DNA of 64,000 nucleotides, taken from assembly GCF_018977255.1 (NCBI RefSeq), contig NW_024704743.1, forward strand, positions 32,552,001 to 32,616,000, given 5' to 3'. Source of the stretch: Callorhinchus milii (lineage: Eukaryota). The notes below the pieces were generated by a model. That model had not been told where the DNA came from, made no database searches, and was given only the letters and a program-made list of their open reading frames with translations. This document shows, piece by piece, positions 25,706 through 38,961 of this stretch (the first letter of the stretch is position 1; each line of letters opens with the position of its first letter). A program made the translations under genes and the position numbers.

Positions 25706-28700
25706 GCCGTGTATGTGTGAGAGCTGTATACCATGTGTGTGTGTGAGGGCTGTATACCGTGTGTGTGTGTGTGTGAGAGAGAGAGAGCTGTATACCGTGT
25801 GTGTGAGAGCTGTGTACTGTGTGTGTGTGAGAGCTGTGTACTGTGTGTGTGTGAGAGCTGTATTCTGTGTGTGTGAGAGCTGTATACTGTGCGTGTGTGA
25901 GAGCTGTGTGCAGGTGTGAGAGCTGTGTACTGTGTGTGCGTTTGTGGGAGCTGTGTACTGTGTGCGTTTATGTGAGCTGTGTACTATGTGTGTGCATGTG
26001 AGAGCTGCGTACAGTGCGTGCGTGTTTGAGAGCTATGTACAATGCGTGCGTGTGTGTGTGAGAGCTGTATTCCATGTGTGTGTGTGAGAGAGTTGTGTAC
26101 CGTGTGTGTGTGTGAGAGCTGTATACCGTGTGTGTGAGAGAGACCTGTATACCATATGTGTGTGTGAGAGCTGTACACGGTGTGTGTGTGAGAGAGCTGT
26201 GTGTGTGTATTGATAGCTGTATACCATGTATGTGCTTGTGTGTGAGAGCTGTATACTATGCATGTGTGTGTGAGAGCTGTTTACTGTGTGTGTGTGAGAG
26301 TTGTATATCGTGTGTGTGAGAGCTGTATAATGTGTGAGAGTTGTATATCGTGTGTGTGTGTGTGTGAGAGAGAGCTGTATACCGTGTGTGTGTCTGAGAG
26401 CTGTATATCGCGTGTGTGAAGCTGTATACCATGTGTGTGTGAGAGCTCTAAACCATCTGTGTGTGTGAGGGCTGTATACCTGTGTGTGTGTGTGTGTGAG
26501 AGAGAGAGCTGTATACCGTGTGTGTGTGTCTGAGAGCTGTATATCGTGTGTGTGAAGCTGTATACCATGTGTGTGTGAGAGCTCTATACCATCTGTGTGT
26601 GTGAGGGCTGTATACCATGTGTGTGTGAGAGAGAGCTGTATACCGTGTGTGTGTGTGAGAGCTGTATACCATGTGTGTGTGTGTGTGAGAGAGACCTGTA
26701 TACCATATGTGTGTGTGAGAGCTGTACACGGTGTGTGTGTGAGAGAGCTGTGTACCATGTGTGTGTGTGTGTGTTGATAGCTGTATACCGTGTGTGTGAG
26801 AGCTGTATACTGTGCATGTGTGTGTGAGAGCTGTATACTGTGCGCGTGTGTGTGAGAGCTGTATACTGTGCGCGTGTGTGTGAGAGCTGTATACTGTGCA
26901 TGTGTGTGTGAGAGCTGTATACTGTATGTGTGTGTGAGAGTTGTATATCGTGTGTGTGTGTGTGTGTGTGAGAGCTGTATACCGTGTGTGTGTGTGTGAG
27001 AGAGAGCTGTGTGTGAGTATGTGTGTGAGAGCTGTATTCTGTGTGTGTGTGAGAGAGCTGTGTGCATGCGTGAGAGCTGTGTACTGTGTGCGTTTGTGGG
27101 AGCTGTGTACTGTGTGTGCGTGTATGTGTGAGAGCTGCGTAGTGTGTACAGTGCGTGTGTGTGAGAGCTGTATTCCGTGTGTGTGTGAGAGAGAGTTGTG
27201 TACCGTGCGTTTGTGTGTGTGAGAGCTGTATACCGTGTGTGTGTGAGAGCTGTATACCATGTGTGTGTGTGAGGGCTGTATACCGTGTGTGTGTGTGTGT
27301 GTGTGAGAGCTGTGTACTGTGTGTGTGAGAGCTGTATACTGTGTGTGTGTGTGTGTGTGTGTGAGCTGTATACTAACACAACATGTAGGAGCAGGAGTAG
27401 GCCATTTGGCTCTTTGAGTCTGCCCCGCCAGTGCTGTGTGCATGCATGAGAGCTGTGTACTCTGTGCCCGTGTGTGAGAGCTGTGTACAGTGTGTGCGCG
27501 TACATGCGTGTGAGAGCTGTGTACAGTGTGCGCGTGCTGTGTGAGAGCTGTGTACAGTGTGCGCGCATGTGTGAGAGCTGTGTACAGTGTGTGCACGCGG
27601 GAGTGGGCTGTGTACAGTGTGGTACGTGTGTGAGAGCTATGTACAGTGTGTGCGTACGTGTGCGACAGCAGTGTATAGTGTGTGCGAGCTGTGTACAGTG
27701 TGTGCGCACGTGTGTGAGGGCGTGTGTGAGAGCTGTTTACTGTGCGTGTGTGAGAGCTGTGTACTGTGCATGTGTGACAGGTGTGTGCTGTGTACTGTAT
27801 GTGTGAGAGCGCTGTATACTGTGTGTGTTTGTGAGAGCTGTGTACTGTGTGCGTGCGTGTGTGAGAACTGCACAGTGTGCGTGTGTGAGAGCTGTGTACA
27901 GTGTGTGCGTGCATATGTGGGAGCTGTGAACTGTGTGTGTGTGTGCGCGTGTGTGAGAGCTGTGTACAGTGTGTGTGCGCGCGTGTGAGAGTTGTGTACA
28001 GTGTGTGTGTGCGCGCGTGTGTGAGAGCTGTGTGCAGTGTATGCGCGCGTGTGTGAGAGCTATGTGCTGCGCGCACGTGTGTGAGAGGGCTGTGTGCTGC
28101 ACGTGTGTGTGAGATTGCTGTGCGCTGCACGCCTGTGTGAGAGGGCTGTGCGCTGCACGCGCATGTGAGAGGGCTGTGTGCTGCTTGACTGTTTGTGAGG
28201 GCTGTGTGCTGCGCGCACCTGTGTGAGAGGGCTGTGTGCTGCGCGCGCCTGTGTGTGAGCTGTATACTGTGTGTGTGTGTAGCTGTGTACTGTGTGTGTG
28301 TGTGTGTATGTGGAGCTGTATACTGTGTGTGTGTGGGAGCTGTATGCTGTGTGTGTGTGGGAGCTGTATACTGTTTGTGTGTGTGTAGGTGTGAGCTGTA
28401 TACTGTGCATGTGTGTGGGAGCTGTATACTGGGCACGTGTGTGGGAGCTGTATACTTTGTGAGTATGTGTGTGGGAGCCGTAAACTGTGCGCGTGTGGGA
28501 GCTGTGTGTGTGCGTTGTATATTGTGTATGTATGTGAGCTGGATACTGTGCATGTGTGTGTGAGCTGTATACTGTGTGCGTATGTGTGTGTGCTGTATAC
28601 TGAGCGTGTGTGTGTGCTGTATACTGTGTGTGTCTTAGAGTTGTATACTGTGTGTGTGTGTGTACTGTATACTGAGCGTGTGTGTGAGCTGTATACTGTG

Positions 28701-29911
28701 CGTGTGTGTGAGTTGTATACTATGCGTGTGTGTGGGAGCTGTATACTGTGTGTGCGTGGAAGCTGTATACTGTATGTGTGTGTCAGCTGTATACTGTGTG
28801 CGTATATGTGCGTGGGAGCTGTATACTGTGTCTGTGTGGGAGCTGTATATTGTGTGTGTGTGTGTGGGAGCTCTATGCTGTGTGTGTGTGTGGGAGCAGT
28901 ATGCTCTGTGTGTGGGAGCTGTATATTGTGTGTGTGTATATGAGCTGTATACTGTGTGTGTGTGCTGTATACTGTGTGTGTGTGCTGTATACTGAGTGTG
29001 TGTGTGAGCTGTGTACTGTGCATGTGTGTGTGAGCTGTATACTGCATGTGTGTGTGAGCTGTATGCTGTATACTGTGTGTGCGAGCTGTATACTATGTGT
29101 GTGCGCGTGAGCTGTATACTGTGTGTGTGCGTGAGCTGTATACTGTGTGTGTGCATGAGCTGTATACTGTGTGTGTACGTAGCTGCGTACTGTGTGTGTG
29201 AGCTGTATACTGCGTGTGAGAGCTGTACACTGTGTGTGTGTGTGTGTGAGAGCTGTATTCTGTGTGTGTGAGCTGTATATGTTTGTGTGTGTATGTGTGA
29301 GCTGTATACTGTATGTGTGTGAGAGAGCTGTATACTGTGTGTGTGTGTGAGCTGTATACTGTGTGTGTGTGTGAGCTGTATACTGTGCGCGTGTGTGTGA
29401 GAGAGCTGTATACTGTGCATGAGTGTGGGAGCTGTATACTGTGCGTGTGTGTGTGAGCTGGAAACTGCGTTTGTGTGAGAGAGCTGTATACTGTGTGTGG
29501 AAGCTGTATACTGTGTGCATATGTGTGTGGGAGCTGTATACTGTGTGTGTGTGGGAGCTGTATGCTGTGTATGTGTGGGAGCTTCATACTGTGTGTGTGT
29601 GGGAGCTGTATACTGTGTGTGTGTGTGGGAGCTGTATACTGTGTGTGTGTGTGTGTGTGGGAGCTGTATGCTGTATATGTGTGGGAGCTGTCTACTGTGT
29701 ATGTGAGCACTGTATACTATCCGTGTATGTGTGTGGGAGCTGTAAACTGTGTGTGTGGGGGAGCTGTATATTGTGTATGAATGTGAGCTGTATACTGTGT
29801 ATGTGTGTGAGCCCTGTATACTATGTGTGTGTTAGAGCTGTATACTGTGTGTGTGTGTACTGTATACTGAGCATGTGTGTGAGCTGTATGCTGTGTGTGC
29901 GTGGGAGCTGT

Positions 29912-29943
<32 letters not shown>

Positions 29944-30850
29944 GGAGCTGTATACTGTGTGTGTGAGCGCTGTATACTGTGCGTGTGTGTGCTGTATGCT
30001 GTGTGTGCGTGGGAGCTGTATACTGTGCGTGTGTGTGAGCTGTATACTGTGCGTGTGTGTGAGTTATATACTGTGCGTGTGTGTGGGAGCTGTATGCTGT
30101 ATATGTGTGGGAGCTGTATATTCTGTGTGTGTGAGAGCTGTATACTGTATACGTATGTGTGCATGGGAGCTGTATACTGTGTGTGTGTGTGAGCTGTATG
30201 CTGTGTGTGTGTGTGGGAGCTGTACACTGTGTGTGTGGGAGCTGTACGCTGTGTGTGTGTGTGCGGGAGTTGTATGCTGTGTGGGCTGGAGCTATATGCT
30301 GTGTATGTGTGGGGAGCTGTATGCTGTGTGTGTGTGGGAGCTGTATGCTGTGTGTGTGTGGGAGCTGTATGCTGTGTGTGTGTGTGTGTGTGCGGGAGCT
30401 GTATGCTGTGTGTGTGTGTGTGTGCGGGAGCTGTATGCTGTGTGGGCTGGAGCTATATGCTGTGTATGTGTGGGGAGCTGTATGCTGTGTGTGTGTGAGA
30501 GAGCTGTATACCGTGTGTGTGGGATCTGTACAATGTGTGTGTGGGAGCTGTATACTGTGTGTGCGTTTGTGTGGGAGCTGTATACTGTGTGTGTGTGTGA
30601 GCTGTATACTGTGCGTATGTGTGTGGGAGCTGTATACTGTGTGTGCGTTTGTGTGGGAGCTGTATAATGTGTGTGTGTGTGTGGGGGGGTGCTGTATGTG
30701 TGTGTGGGAGATGTATACTGTGTGTGTGTGTGTGTGTGCGTGTGGGAGCTGTATACTGTGTGTGTGTGTGGGGGGGGGGGGGCTCTGTACTGTGTGTGTG
30801 GGGGGGGAGCTGTATACTGTGTGTGTGTATGTATGAGAGTTGTATACTGA
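25706..30850. repeat. ~5 kb compound minisatellite (GT)n-GAGCTGTATACT with regional variants
   Basis: Directly visible; ends ~25 nt before the rbm24 exon 2 acceptor; short CR1-like tail embedded at ~27385-27430. Confidence 0.97.
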
Positions 30851-30874
30851 TGCGCTTGTGTTTCCCTGGTGCAG

Positions 30875-30998
30875 GTGACCATGGCTGACAGGGCTGCGGC
30901 AGAGCGGGCCTGCAAGGATCCCAATCCCATCATAGACGGCAGGAAAGCCAACGTGAACCTGGCTTACCTGGGGGCCAAGCCGAGGATCATGCAACCAG
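30875..30998 (+). CDS. rbm24: RNA-binding motif protein 24, coding exon 2 (C-terminal half of RRM)
   Basis: tttccctggtgcag|GTGACC...CAACCAG|gtgagt; 124 nt, translates [41 protein letters not shown], which matches RBM24 (PRIMQP rather than RBM38 PRSLQT). Confidence 0.97.
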
Positions 30999-31279
30999 GT
31001 GAGTGAGGGGCAGCCGTGAGGAGAGACAGACAGACCGACAGAGCTGCTGCTGGCAAAGGGGAGGAAGTGAGAGGGGATATAATCAAGAGGGCAATTTAGT
31101 AGCAGAGACAATGATTTTACGGTCAACTGGTTGATCAAAAGTTTGACATTAAGATATTAGTTGGTGCATGTGTGTGTTATCCGTGTGTGTGTTGGGGTGG
31201 GTGTTGGTGTGGGTGGGGGAGAAAGTTTCTAGTTTCTGTTCAGTGTTAACGTTTCCAACCTGATCTCTTCTCTGGACAG

Positions 31280-31334
31280 GTTTCACTTTTGGAGTTCAGC
31301 AGATACACCCAGCTTTTGTTCAAAGGCCATATGG
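31280..31334 (+). CDS. rbm24: RBM24 coding exon 3
   Basis: ctcttctctggacag|GTTTCACT...TATGG|gtaagt; 55 nt, phase 1 to phase 2, (G)FTFGVQQIHPAFVQRPY(G), in frame with exon 2. Confidence 0.95.
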
Positions 31335-31995
31335 GTAAGTCTGGTGTCCTCTCTCCACTTACTGTGATTCTGGTTCCTGTTTGACTTTAACAAGATATAT
31401 TTGCACCGTAACATTTCTACCCTCCCCTCAAAAAAAAATCGACAAACCTGCATTTAATGAAAGTTCCAGTGTTAATCCCAATCCCATGCTTTAAATAAAA
31501 TGCTATGTCTGTTTAGATTAATTGTGATACATTTATCCTGGGACAACTATAATTGATGACCCTTTTCCAATAGCTAACATAAACTTAAAATGTGTTCTAC
31601 TGTTCAACCTCTCGGATGAGTCAAGTTCTGAATGTGTTTCCAGCCTTCCAGACACGTTGCTTTGTGCTGTACGTGGTGTTTTTAAAAGATAATTTTTACG
31701 AAAATAAAGTGTGCCCCCTTTGGGCTTGACTCAATTCTATGTATTTCTTTCTGATCTGACAGGGGTCGTTTACAGTTAAGATAACATGGTGATGATGAGA
31801 GAAGGAATATGATGATATGAGGTGGAATAGTTACGGAATGAGCAGATCTTAAACTGTGTAACCAGTAGACTCAAACACACAAACAAGCTAAATGGTGATT
31901 AACTGTTGCATGTACGTTATTTCTTAGAGTGTAATAGAGCTGTGTGTGCTTTTTATTTTTAATGAAGTGGTGTTTAGAGCTAAACAAGCAAACTG

Positions 31996-32020
31996 NNNNN
32001 NNNNNNNNNNNNNNNNNNNN
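31996..32020. other. Assembly gap (25 N)
   Basis: N run; single Ns also at 8950 and 44908. Confidence 1.
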
Positions 32021-34663
32021 TGTGCTTTTTTAATGAAGAGAGCTATAGTGAGGATTTTTCTGGTGTCTTCTTTGTTGGAGAGTGTTGATTTTTTGCCATG
32101 GGGAGCAAAGGGTCCCACTTTATTTTGCTTTGTTGCTGTAGCCTGATTTCCAGTTTAACAATTCAGTTTCTGGGTTGTAGTGAGTGCTAAATTCTGTGTG
32201 ATTTTATTTTTTGATTACCAAATCAACTCATCGCTTGCATGTTGCGATGTTTTTTTCTTTTTGTTGTTTAACACCGTTGCTTTTATTCTATGTCCTATTG
32301 GAGACAGTGGGTACCCGAATAAGTGCTCACATCATCATACTTCAGTGTGACCTCCTAGTACTATATTTCCGTAAAGACCTTTTGTGTGTTGGGTCAAAAA
32401 AGCTTTTGAGTCTGACCAGCCTGTCTGAAATTCTGGTAGGCTGACTATCAGTTCACTTTTTAACTACTGTATGTTGTTGTTCACTGTCCTATAATTTAGC
32501 AACATCAAAAAAGTTACTTTTCTATAACTTTTTTTGCAAAACAAACATTCAGCACCATAAACCAGTATGCTCAGGTCCTCCAAGATGTGTGATTTCAGCT
32601 GAAGATAATATACTAAAATCTGCAGTGTGTTTCAGTTCTTTTTTCAACGAAAGAACTACTGCTTCATGCCTGGTGCCACTTTATGATCTATTTTAAGCTT
32701 CCTTTTTGAAACTGCAGAAAACAAAGGCGACGAGTGAAAGCTCCCCTCAATAAACCAAATAGATGTCTCTGGGTAGCTTTAGAATACATGTGTGCACACG
32801 TACACAATTTCAGTCTGCTAAAGACTTCTTTTTTCCCTTTATGAATAAATTATAGCATATAACAATAAACTCAGTAAATAATGAATGAGTCACGCTATCA
32901 TCCAGGTGGAAAATGTACCAGGTGGAATTAAGTTTGGAGAGGCAGCATAATTATTTCATTGTACTTGCCAATCTGAGTAACTCATCTAAATTTTATAAAC
33001 TGCAGCCCAAGAATAGTGCTAGAAATCTATATGCCTGTACACCTGTCCAAGCCAATCCTATTTATTTATTTTAGTGAAGCCCTTGACGGTAAACTACTTT
33101 TCATGCTCCAAAGTATTATTCATTCCTGGAATATAGTTACACAGAGAATTTAATGAAGCACATCTTGGAATATGACCCTGCTTTTCGGCTGCAAAAATGA
33201 CTGGACATTTGATTTTATTGTCTTTAATATAGATGACAGGATAGGACAGTTTTGACCAGTGCCCTTGTGGGTTACAGCAGGAGCATTACCCAGTTGCCTT
33301 ATACAGACATTTCTTCTGTTGGACAGCCCTTTAGCAAAATATTAAAATAGCATAGGGAATCATACTGCAGCCTGGCCTGTCAGTCATCCAGTGTGAAATG
33401 GCAAGGCTGGGGAGTGTGCTGAGTGCTCCCATGAGTATATAAAAAAATGACCCTGGTGAGATCAAGTTTCACCCTTCAGCACCTGTTCCTCACTTTCTGT
33501 TGGTTTCAATAGAAGCCCAGATGCACACATGCAAACATACTTCTGAGGGTCTGATGAAGGACACATTTGAAATATCTGAACACAGAAGTAATCAGCTTTT
33601 ACACATGTTAAAATTAACACAGTCCTCCAATCTGCATGGCCAGCCTTTCTCCTGCCCTAGCTCGATGACTTGTACTTTAAAGCATTAAATTTGCATGTCT
33701 CTCAGTCGCTCTGAAATATAGATCGTAACAGGAACAACTCATTGAATTTAAGTCACAAGCTGCACAAAGCCTCCTACATTTTATGAAATATGGCATAATG
33801 GATTTTTTTGTAGGTATTTCATCGCTGTCTAACCGAGCCTGTCCAATCAAACATACTCTGTATTTAATAAAAAGCAATATCCACTTTATTGGCTTGAGAG
33901 AGGAGTCATTCCAATAAGTATTTGTTCATCATTTCACAACAAACTGTCTAATATCTAGCTTTTTTAAAAAAAAACAATGTTTGAGGGTGATTTTATTTTA
34001 TTACTCTCTGGCATAAAATAAATACTTGTGACTTTTGGATCCAGTCCATGCTATTTGCTATTTTGGTAATGTGAATAGTATTTTTTTTCAAATATAATTG
34101 AGATTACTTTCCATTGATTTTTTTCCCCCTTTTTTTCTTCCAAGTAGGGAAGTGGTGGGTATTTTTTTAAAAATGCTTTATATGAATTATTTCCTGTTTC
34201 AATCTACGATGTTTCTACCCTACGGAAATCCACCATTTTGTCCCTCCCCTCACATCGGCTCTGATGGCATCTGCGTTAGGGGTTAACATGGGGGTTGGGC
34301 GGGGGGGGAATCCAAGGAGACATCCAAGCTCGTAGAAAGCTGGTAAGATAGCAGTAGTAACAGCTGTCTGCTTATTGGTCCCACAGCTACTATCAGCAGT
34401 ACAGCCAGTCAGCAGTACAGCTAATGGAAGAACTGAAATGGCATATCTGCCTGGTCTAGAAACAAAAAAAAACTCTTGTAATGCAGTAGGAGATTTGTGA
34501 ACTTTCATTTCCCCAAATAAGAACGTAGGCATGTGCCAGACAGAAAAAATAAACTTCAGTTCATCGGGTTGATGCCATTTTGCCATTGAAAGTATAGACA
34601 ATTCCCTTTCGAAACTGCCCACACTGTTTGCATCCCCTGCAACCCTGGACGCACTGTTCCTCA

Positions 34664-34995
34664 TAATAATCCTTGCCTTTTTAATAATTCTTGCATTTGA
34701 TATAGCGCCTTATCACATCCTTGAGACGTCTTAAAGTGGGTCACAGAATATACTGTAAAATGAATTGACTGTATATTTTGTGGGAAAAATGTGGCAGCCA
34801 ATTGTGCACAGCAGTGTACCACAAACAGTCGTGGATTGAGTGACTACATTTTTAATTTAAAAATGTGGAGTGATTATTACCCCCAGAATAGTAATCCACC
34901 AATCGACAAACAATCGGGTTCCTACTTACTGCTAGGTAAACAGAGGCGTGTGGAGAAGGGAAAGTTGCCTCATGTTTCACCCCGCCGGGAATCAA
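34664..34995 (-). mobile_element. tRNA-SINE, long variant with central insert
   Basis: (AAT)n tail plus body; shares ggttcctacttactgctaggtaaacagaggcg with 53794-54162. Confidence 0.8.
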
Positions 34996-36347
34996 ACTCC
35001 ACCCCCCTCCCCTCCCCCCGCAACAAAATTTGAGAATGTGCCCCCTTTTTGTGGACATATTGACCATAATGAATAGCTATTGCAGTCTAGCTTGTCTATA
35101 TACTTCATATATTTCTGCATCCAGAAGATCTAGTTGTGTCTTCTCCCATGAAAGCATTCCAGCTTATGCCAAATCTATTCATAGCTGAAGAGCCTTATCC
35201 AATGGCTGATGTATGAGAGTGGTTCTTGATATTATTATGAGGTTTGTATTAATTCATAAGGTGGGGCAGTGGGTGTGGGGGGTAATAATATTATTTAAAA
35301 CTTGGTATCTCTAGTATCTTGGTATGATTTTATCCAGCGGACCAGATTCCCAATCTTGACTTTGAATTCAATATGCTAAGTGGATATGAAATAAAGTATT
35401 GCATGATTTAGAGTGGGGGTGGGGGGGAGCCCATGCATCTGAAATGCATCTTCTATTTGATAACTAGAATTCCATTGACATAAGTACCTATGATCAATCT
35501 TCCTTCTTTGAGAAAGGGAGGTAGGAAGGCAGTCAAATCCAAATCCTTTTTTAAAAAAAAAGACTATCTGAGTGTTGGCTTCGGTTTCTGTATGGGTTTC
35601 GCAGAACCTCGATGAAGTGTGTGTAGGGAGAGGTGGGGGTGGGGGGAGGTAAAAAAAAACGTTTCCTCCCTCCCCCAATGCATGAGACATGTTGATTTAA
35701 TTTCATTTCTTTTATAAAAGAAAAAAAAGGTGCAAATTGAAGAACGCATTGCTAAAGTAATGTTATGCCTTTTGGTGTGGGTGGGTGTGTGGGTGGGTGT
35801 GTGTGTGTGTAGATGGTGGTGGGGGGGGGGGGTGGGGAGGAGAGACAGAGATAGATTATACACTAAAACTAGAAATTAAAAGAATCAGATGGGAGCAGAG
35901 TTAGACCAGGGTCAGGTGGGAATCCATCCATTGCACCAGATGCACTTTTCTGAATTAGAGTGAATCCAGTTGGGAAGAGGGTTTACAACGTGATTGATGC
36001 TGTTTTGATCCAGTGTAAACAGTCCCGTTGTCACAAAGAACCACCAACACATAAAATAACCAACAGGTTGCCCGAGTAACAGTGCAACTGCAGTTACAAC
36101 ACAGGAACACAGCAGTTAATAATGCTTAGAAACAGGGCAATGCTTCATGTCTGGGCCCTATTACAGTACGAGTTGCTCTGAAGCTAACGTTTAGGCACAG
36201 GATGCAGTGTTGGGGGTGGGTTGAAAGAAGTTTTGTGCTGTGGAAGTGTCCCCCCCCCCACCAGTGTTAACTGTTTCACAAAACCCAGTGGGGAGCAGAT
36301 GGGAAAGACTTTGCTGACATTGGGAAACGCAAGAGATAGGGTTGGGC

Positions 36348-36384
<37 letters not shown>

Positions 36385-37927
36385 CTTATCAAAAGGGATA
36401 AAATAATCTTGCAGTCAGAGGTATAACATTGTATTTTGCAGAAGAATGAATCAACACACACACCAGAGGATTGCCCAACACTTTTGTGCCCTACTACACG
36501 GTGTTGCAACAACGGTTGTTTTTTTTTGCAACCGGTGACTCAGCCATTTCACCACCTAGAAAGTGGTGCTGTCACAGGTCCCAGTGGGGGCTCACTGGTG
36601 TGGCAGGACCTGGAAGGGCAGACCGGTCACTGAGGGCAGGGGAGTCATTCCATTCAGCTCCTGTTAACCCTGCAAACCGAAGCCCTTAAAAGGGTAGGGT
36701 GGTCCGAGCTGGACAAGCAGCGGGAAACCTTGCAGTATTAATGGCAAACTATGCTGTTTTAGCTGGTCAGACACCGGCAGTGCCCCCAGCGCACACTCTG
36801 GGGTCCCCAAGTCTTAGCTCTTGTCAACCTGCAACTAATACTTCCTGGAATTAGGTAAGCAGGAAGCATCCCTCCAGTGAGCATTTCATTCAAACAATCT
36901 ATCTCGGGGATTTCCATGTGTGTACACACACGTGTACACACACACACACATGTAGTTTGAAGGTGATATCAAGCCTCTTCAACACATAGATTTGAATTCT
37001 TCTGTGGAGTTTCCTCTGTAACTAAAACTCTCATTGTCACAATTTCGCCCATAAAGTACAGTCAAAAACATTTTATATTGTATCCTGCTTTGAGACATCT
37101 CGACAAGGTGATAAGGCACTATATCAAATGCAAGGGTTATTTACATGCTGGGTGACAATATTTGGGTGGTGATTTCTAACAAGAGTCCAGTAACAGGAAA
37201 TATGTCAACATGGCATACCAACTCATGGGAACACTTCTCTGAAATCGAGCTCCTGTGAGTCAGCATGGAGGCAGTTTTCTTATTGAAGAATGCCATTGGA
37301 CATCACAGGAATGCATATTAGACCCCATAGTGTAACACTGTACCTTTGCCATGTCATAAATCATAGGTAATATTCAGCAGAAGTTTTGAATATTATGAAG
37401 AAGATGAGCAGGTGAATCCTGATAAATAGTTCTACATGATGAAGGTTTCAAATACCAGAGCATGCAAGTTAAAAGAATAGGACATGAGAAGTGAGCAGCA
37501 AAGTCAGGCAAAATTTTACTTGAAGGGTAATTCATTAAATGAAATGTTGTTCCACATTTAATGAATTACCATAATTATATCATTTGAAAGTGAATTAGAT
37601 AAATGCTTGAAATATAAAGATTGGGAAACAATAGGGAAATAGCATTAGAATACATAGCTCCAGGGAAAGCTAGTACTGCACAAGAATCAAAGGTTAAACT
37701 GCCTCCTTCTCTGCTGAAGTTTCTGTAATTCACTTTCATTTTCCACATGTTTAAACTCTCCAAAGCAGACAAGTGGTGAGGAAGAGAACATATAAACATT
37801 CAACAGAAAAGGTTGACTTTTATCTTGATCCAGTGACGTGGTATATATGAGCAATAGCGATGTAAAACTCTTTCTATGCTAACAATAATTATGTTACTAT
37901 TCTATACTTTTGATATCCTCTCCAGTA

Positions 37928-38250
37928 CAACAACAACAACTTGTATTTTTTATAGTGCCCTTCACATGGGGCAGTGTCTCGGAGCGCTTAACAGTGGAGG
38001 AGCCTTATGCCAAGAAGGGGGAGATAACCATATGCACGGTTGAAGAGGAAGGTTTTCAGGTGTGATCTCAGAATGGGGAAGGAGGGGGCAAGGCGGAGGG
38101 ATTGATGGAGTGAGTTCCAAATGTTTGGAGTGTAGTGGTTGAAAGCATGGCTATCGATGCTGGAGCAGAGGGGATGAGGGACAAGCAGGAGGCCAGAAGT
38201 GGATTGGAGAGTAAGCAGGTCAGAGAGGTAGAGAGGTGCCAGGGCATGAC
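37928..38250 (-). mobile_element. L2 3' fragment
   Basis: (CAA)n tail plus purine-rich reverse complement of L2 3' ORF/UTR, similar to 38962-39506. Confidence 0.7.
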
Positions 38251-38961
38251 TGAATTTATAAATTTATATTTCTATCAATGCAGAAGCAATAACTGAATGT
38301 AACATTGAAATTGAAGAGCTTTAGGGAAAAAAATCAGCAGGTATTAACTTCTAAAATTGTTACTGGTATTGCACTCCCTCTCCACCCATCAATAGCTGTT
38401 GCATTAATTTGTTTGTATTCTATTACCGAATTAACATTTATTTTTTGCTTGTGCACTGATATCATTGCAAAAATAGTAGTAGAAGGTATGCATTTGATAC
38501 ATAATCCCCAGTCCAAAATAGTTTCGACATATCTGGTCATTTCAACGCAGCTTTGAGTATATTTATGTCATTATGTTATTCCATTTGTTATGTTTTTCTT
38601 TTATATTTGGTGATCCATATTAATGTACCATAGACAATCATGGCCAGATTATGAATTTAACCTTGTGTGGAGTGATCAGATGTACTGGTATTCATTTAAC
38701 GGACAACCACAGAACATTTATTATTATGGAGAGGATGGAAGACTTTTGGTTATTGGGTAGAACAATATTGTGCAGAAGAAATCAAATGACAAATGCTTTG
38801 CAACTTTACCCTGGTGCTTGCTCCAGGTGAATTCCATGCAAATTGTGACTTCAGCATTTTTGATCTATGGGATTTAAATTAAAGTGGTTATTGTGCTAAA
38901 TGAGCTATCCTTTAATTCACCTTCGTAATTTAGATGGTGGAGTCTAGTTTCAAATGCACTG

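Noticed and set aside
24526..30850. CRISPR-like repeat-spacer appearance
   Set aside because: Spacers are G-runs or (GT)n rather than unique sequence; vertebrate intron; no cas genes
22997..31138. Many long ORFs (up to 701 aa) rich in C/V or H/T
   Set aside because: Translations of stop-poor minisatellites, open in multiple frames on both strands
20341..31334. Assignment as rbm38 or as a pseudogene
   Set aside because: [17 protein letters not shown] and QTDRMQ are RBM24-type; frames and splice sites are intact
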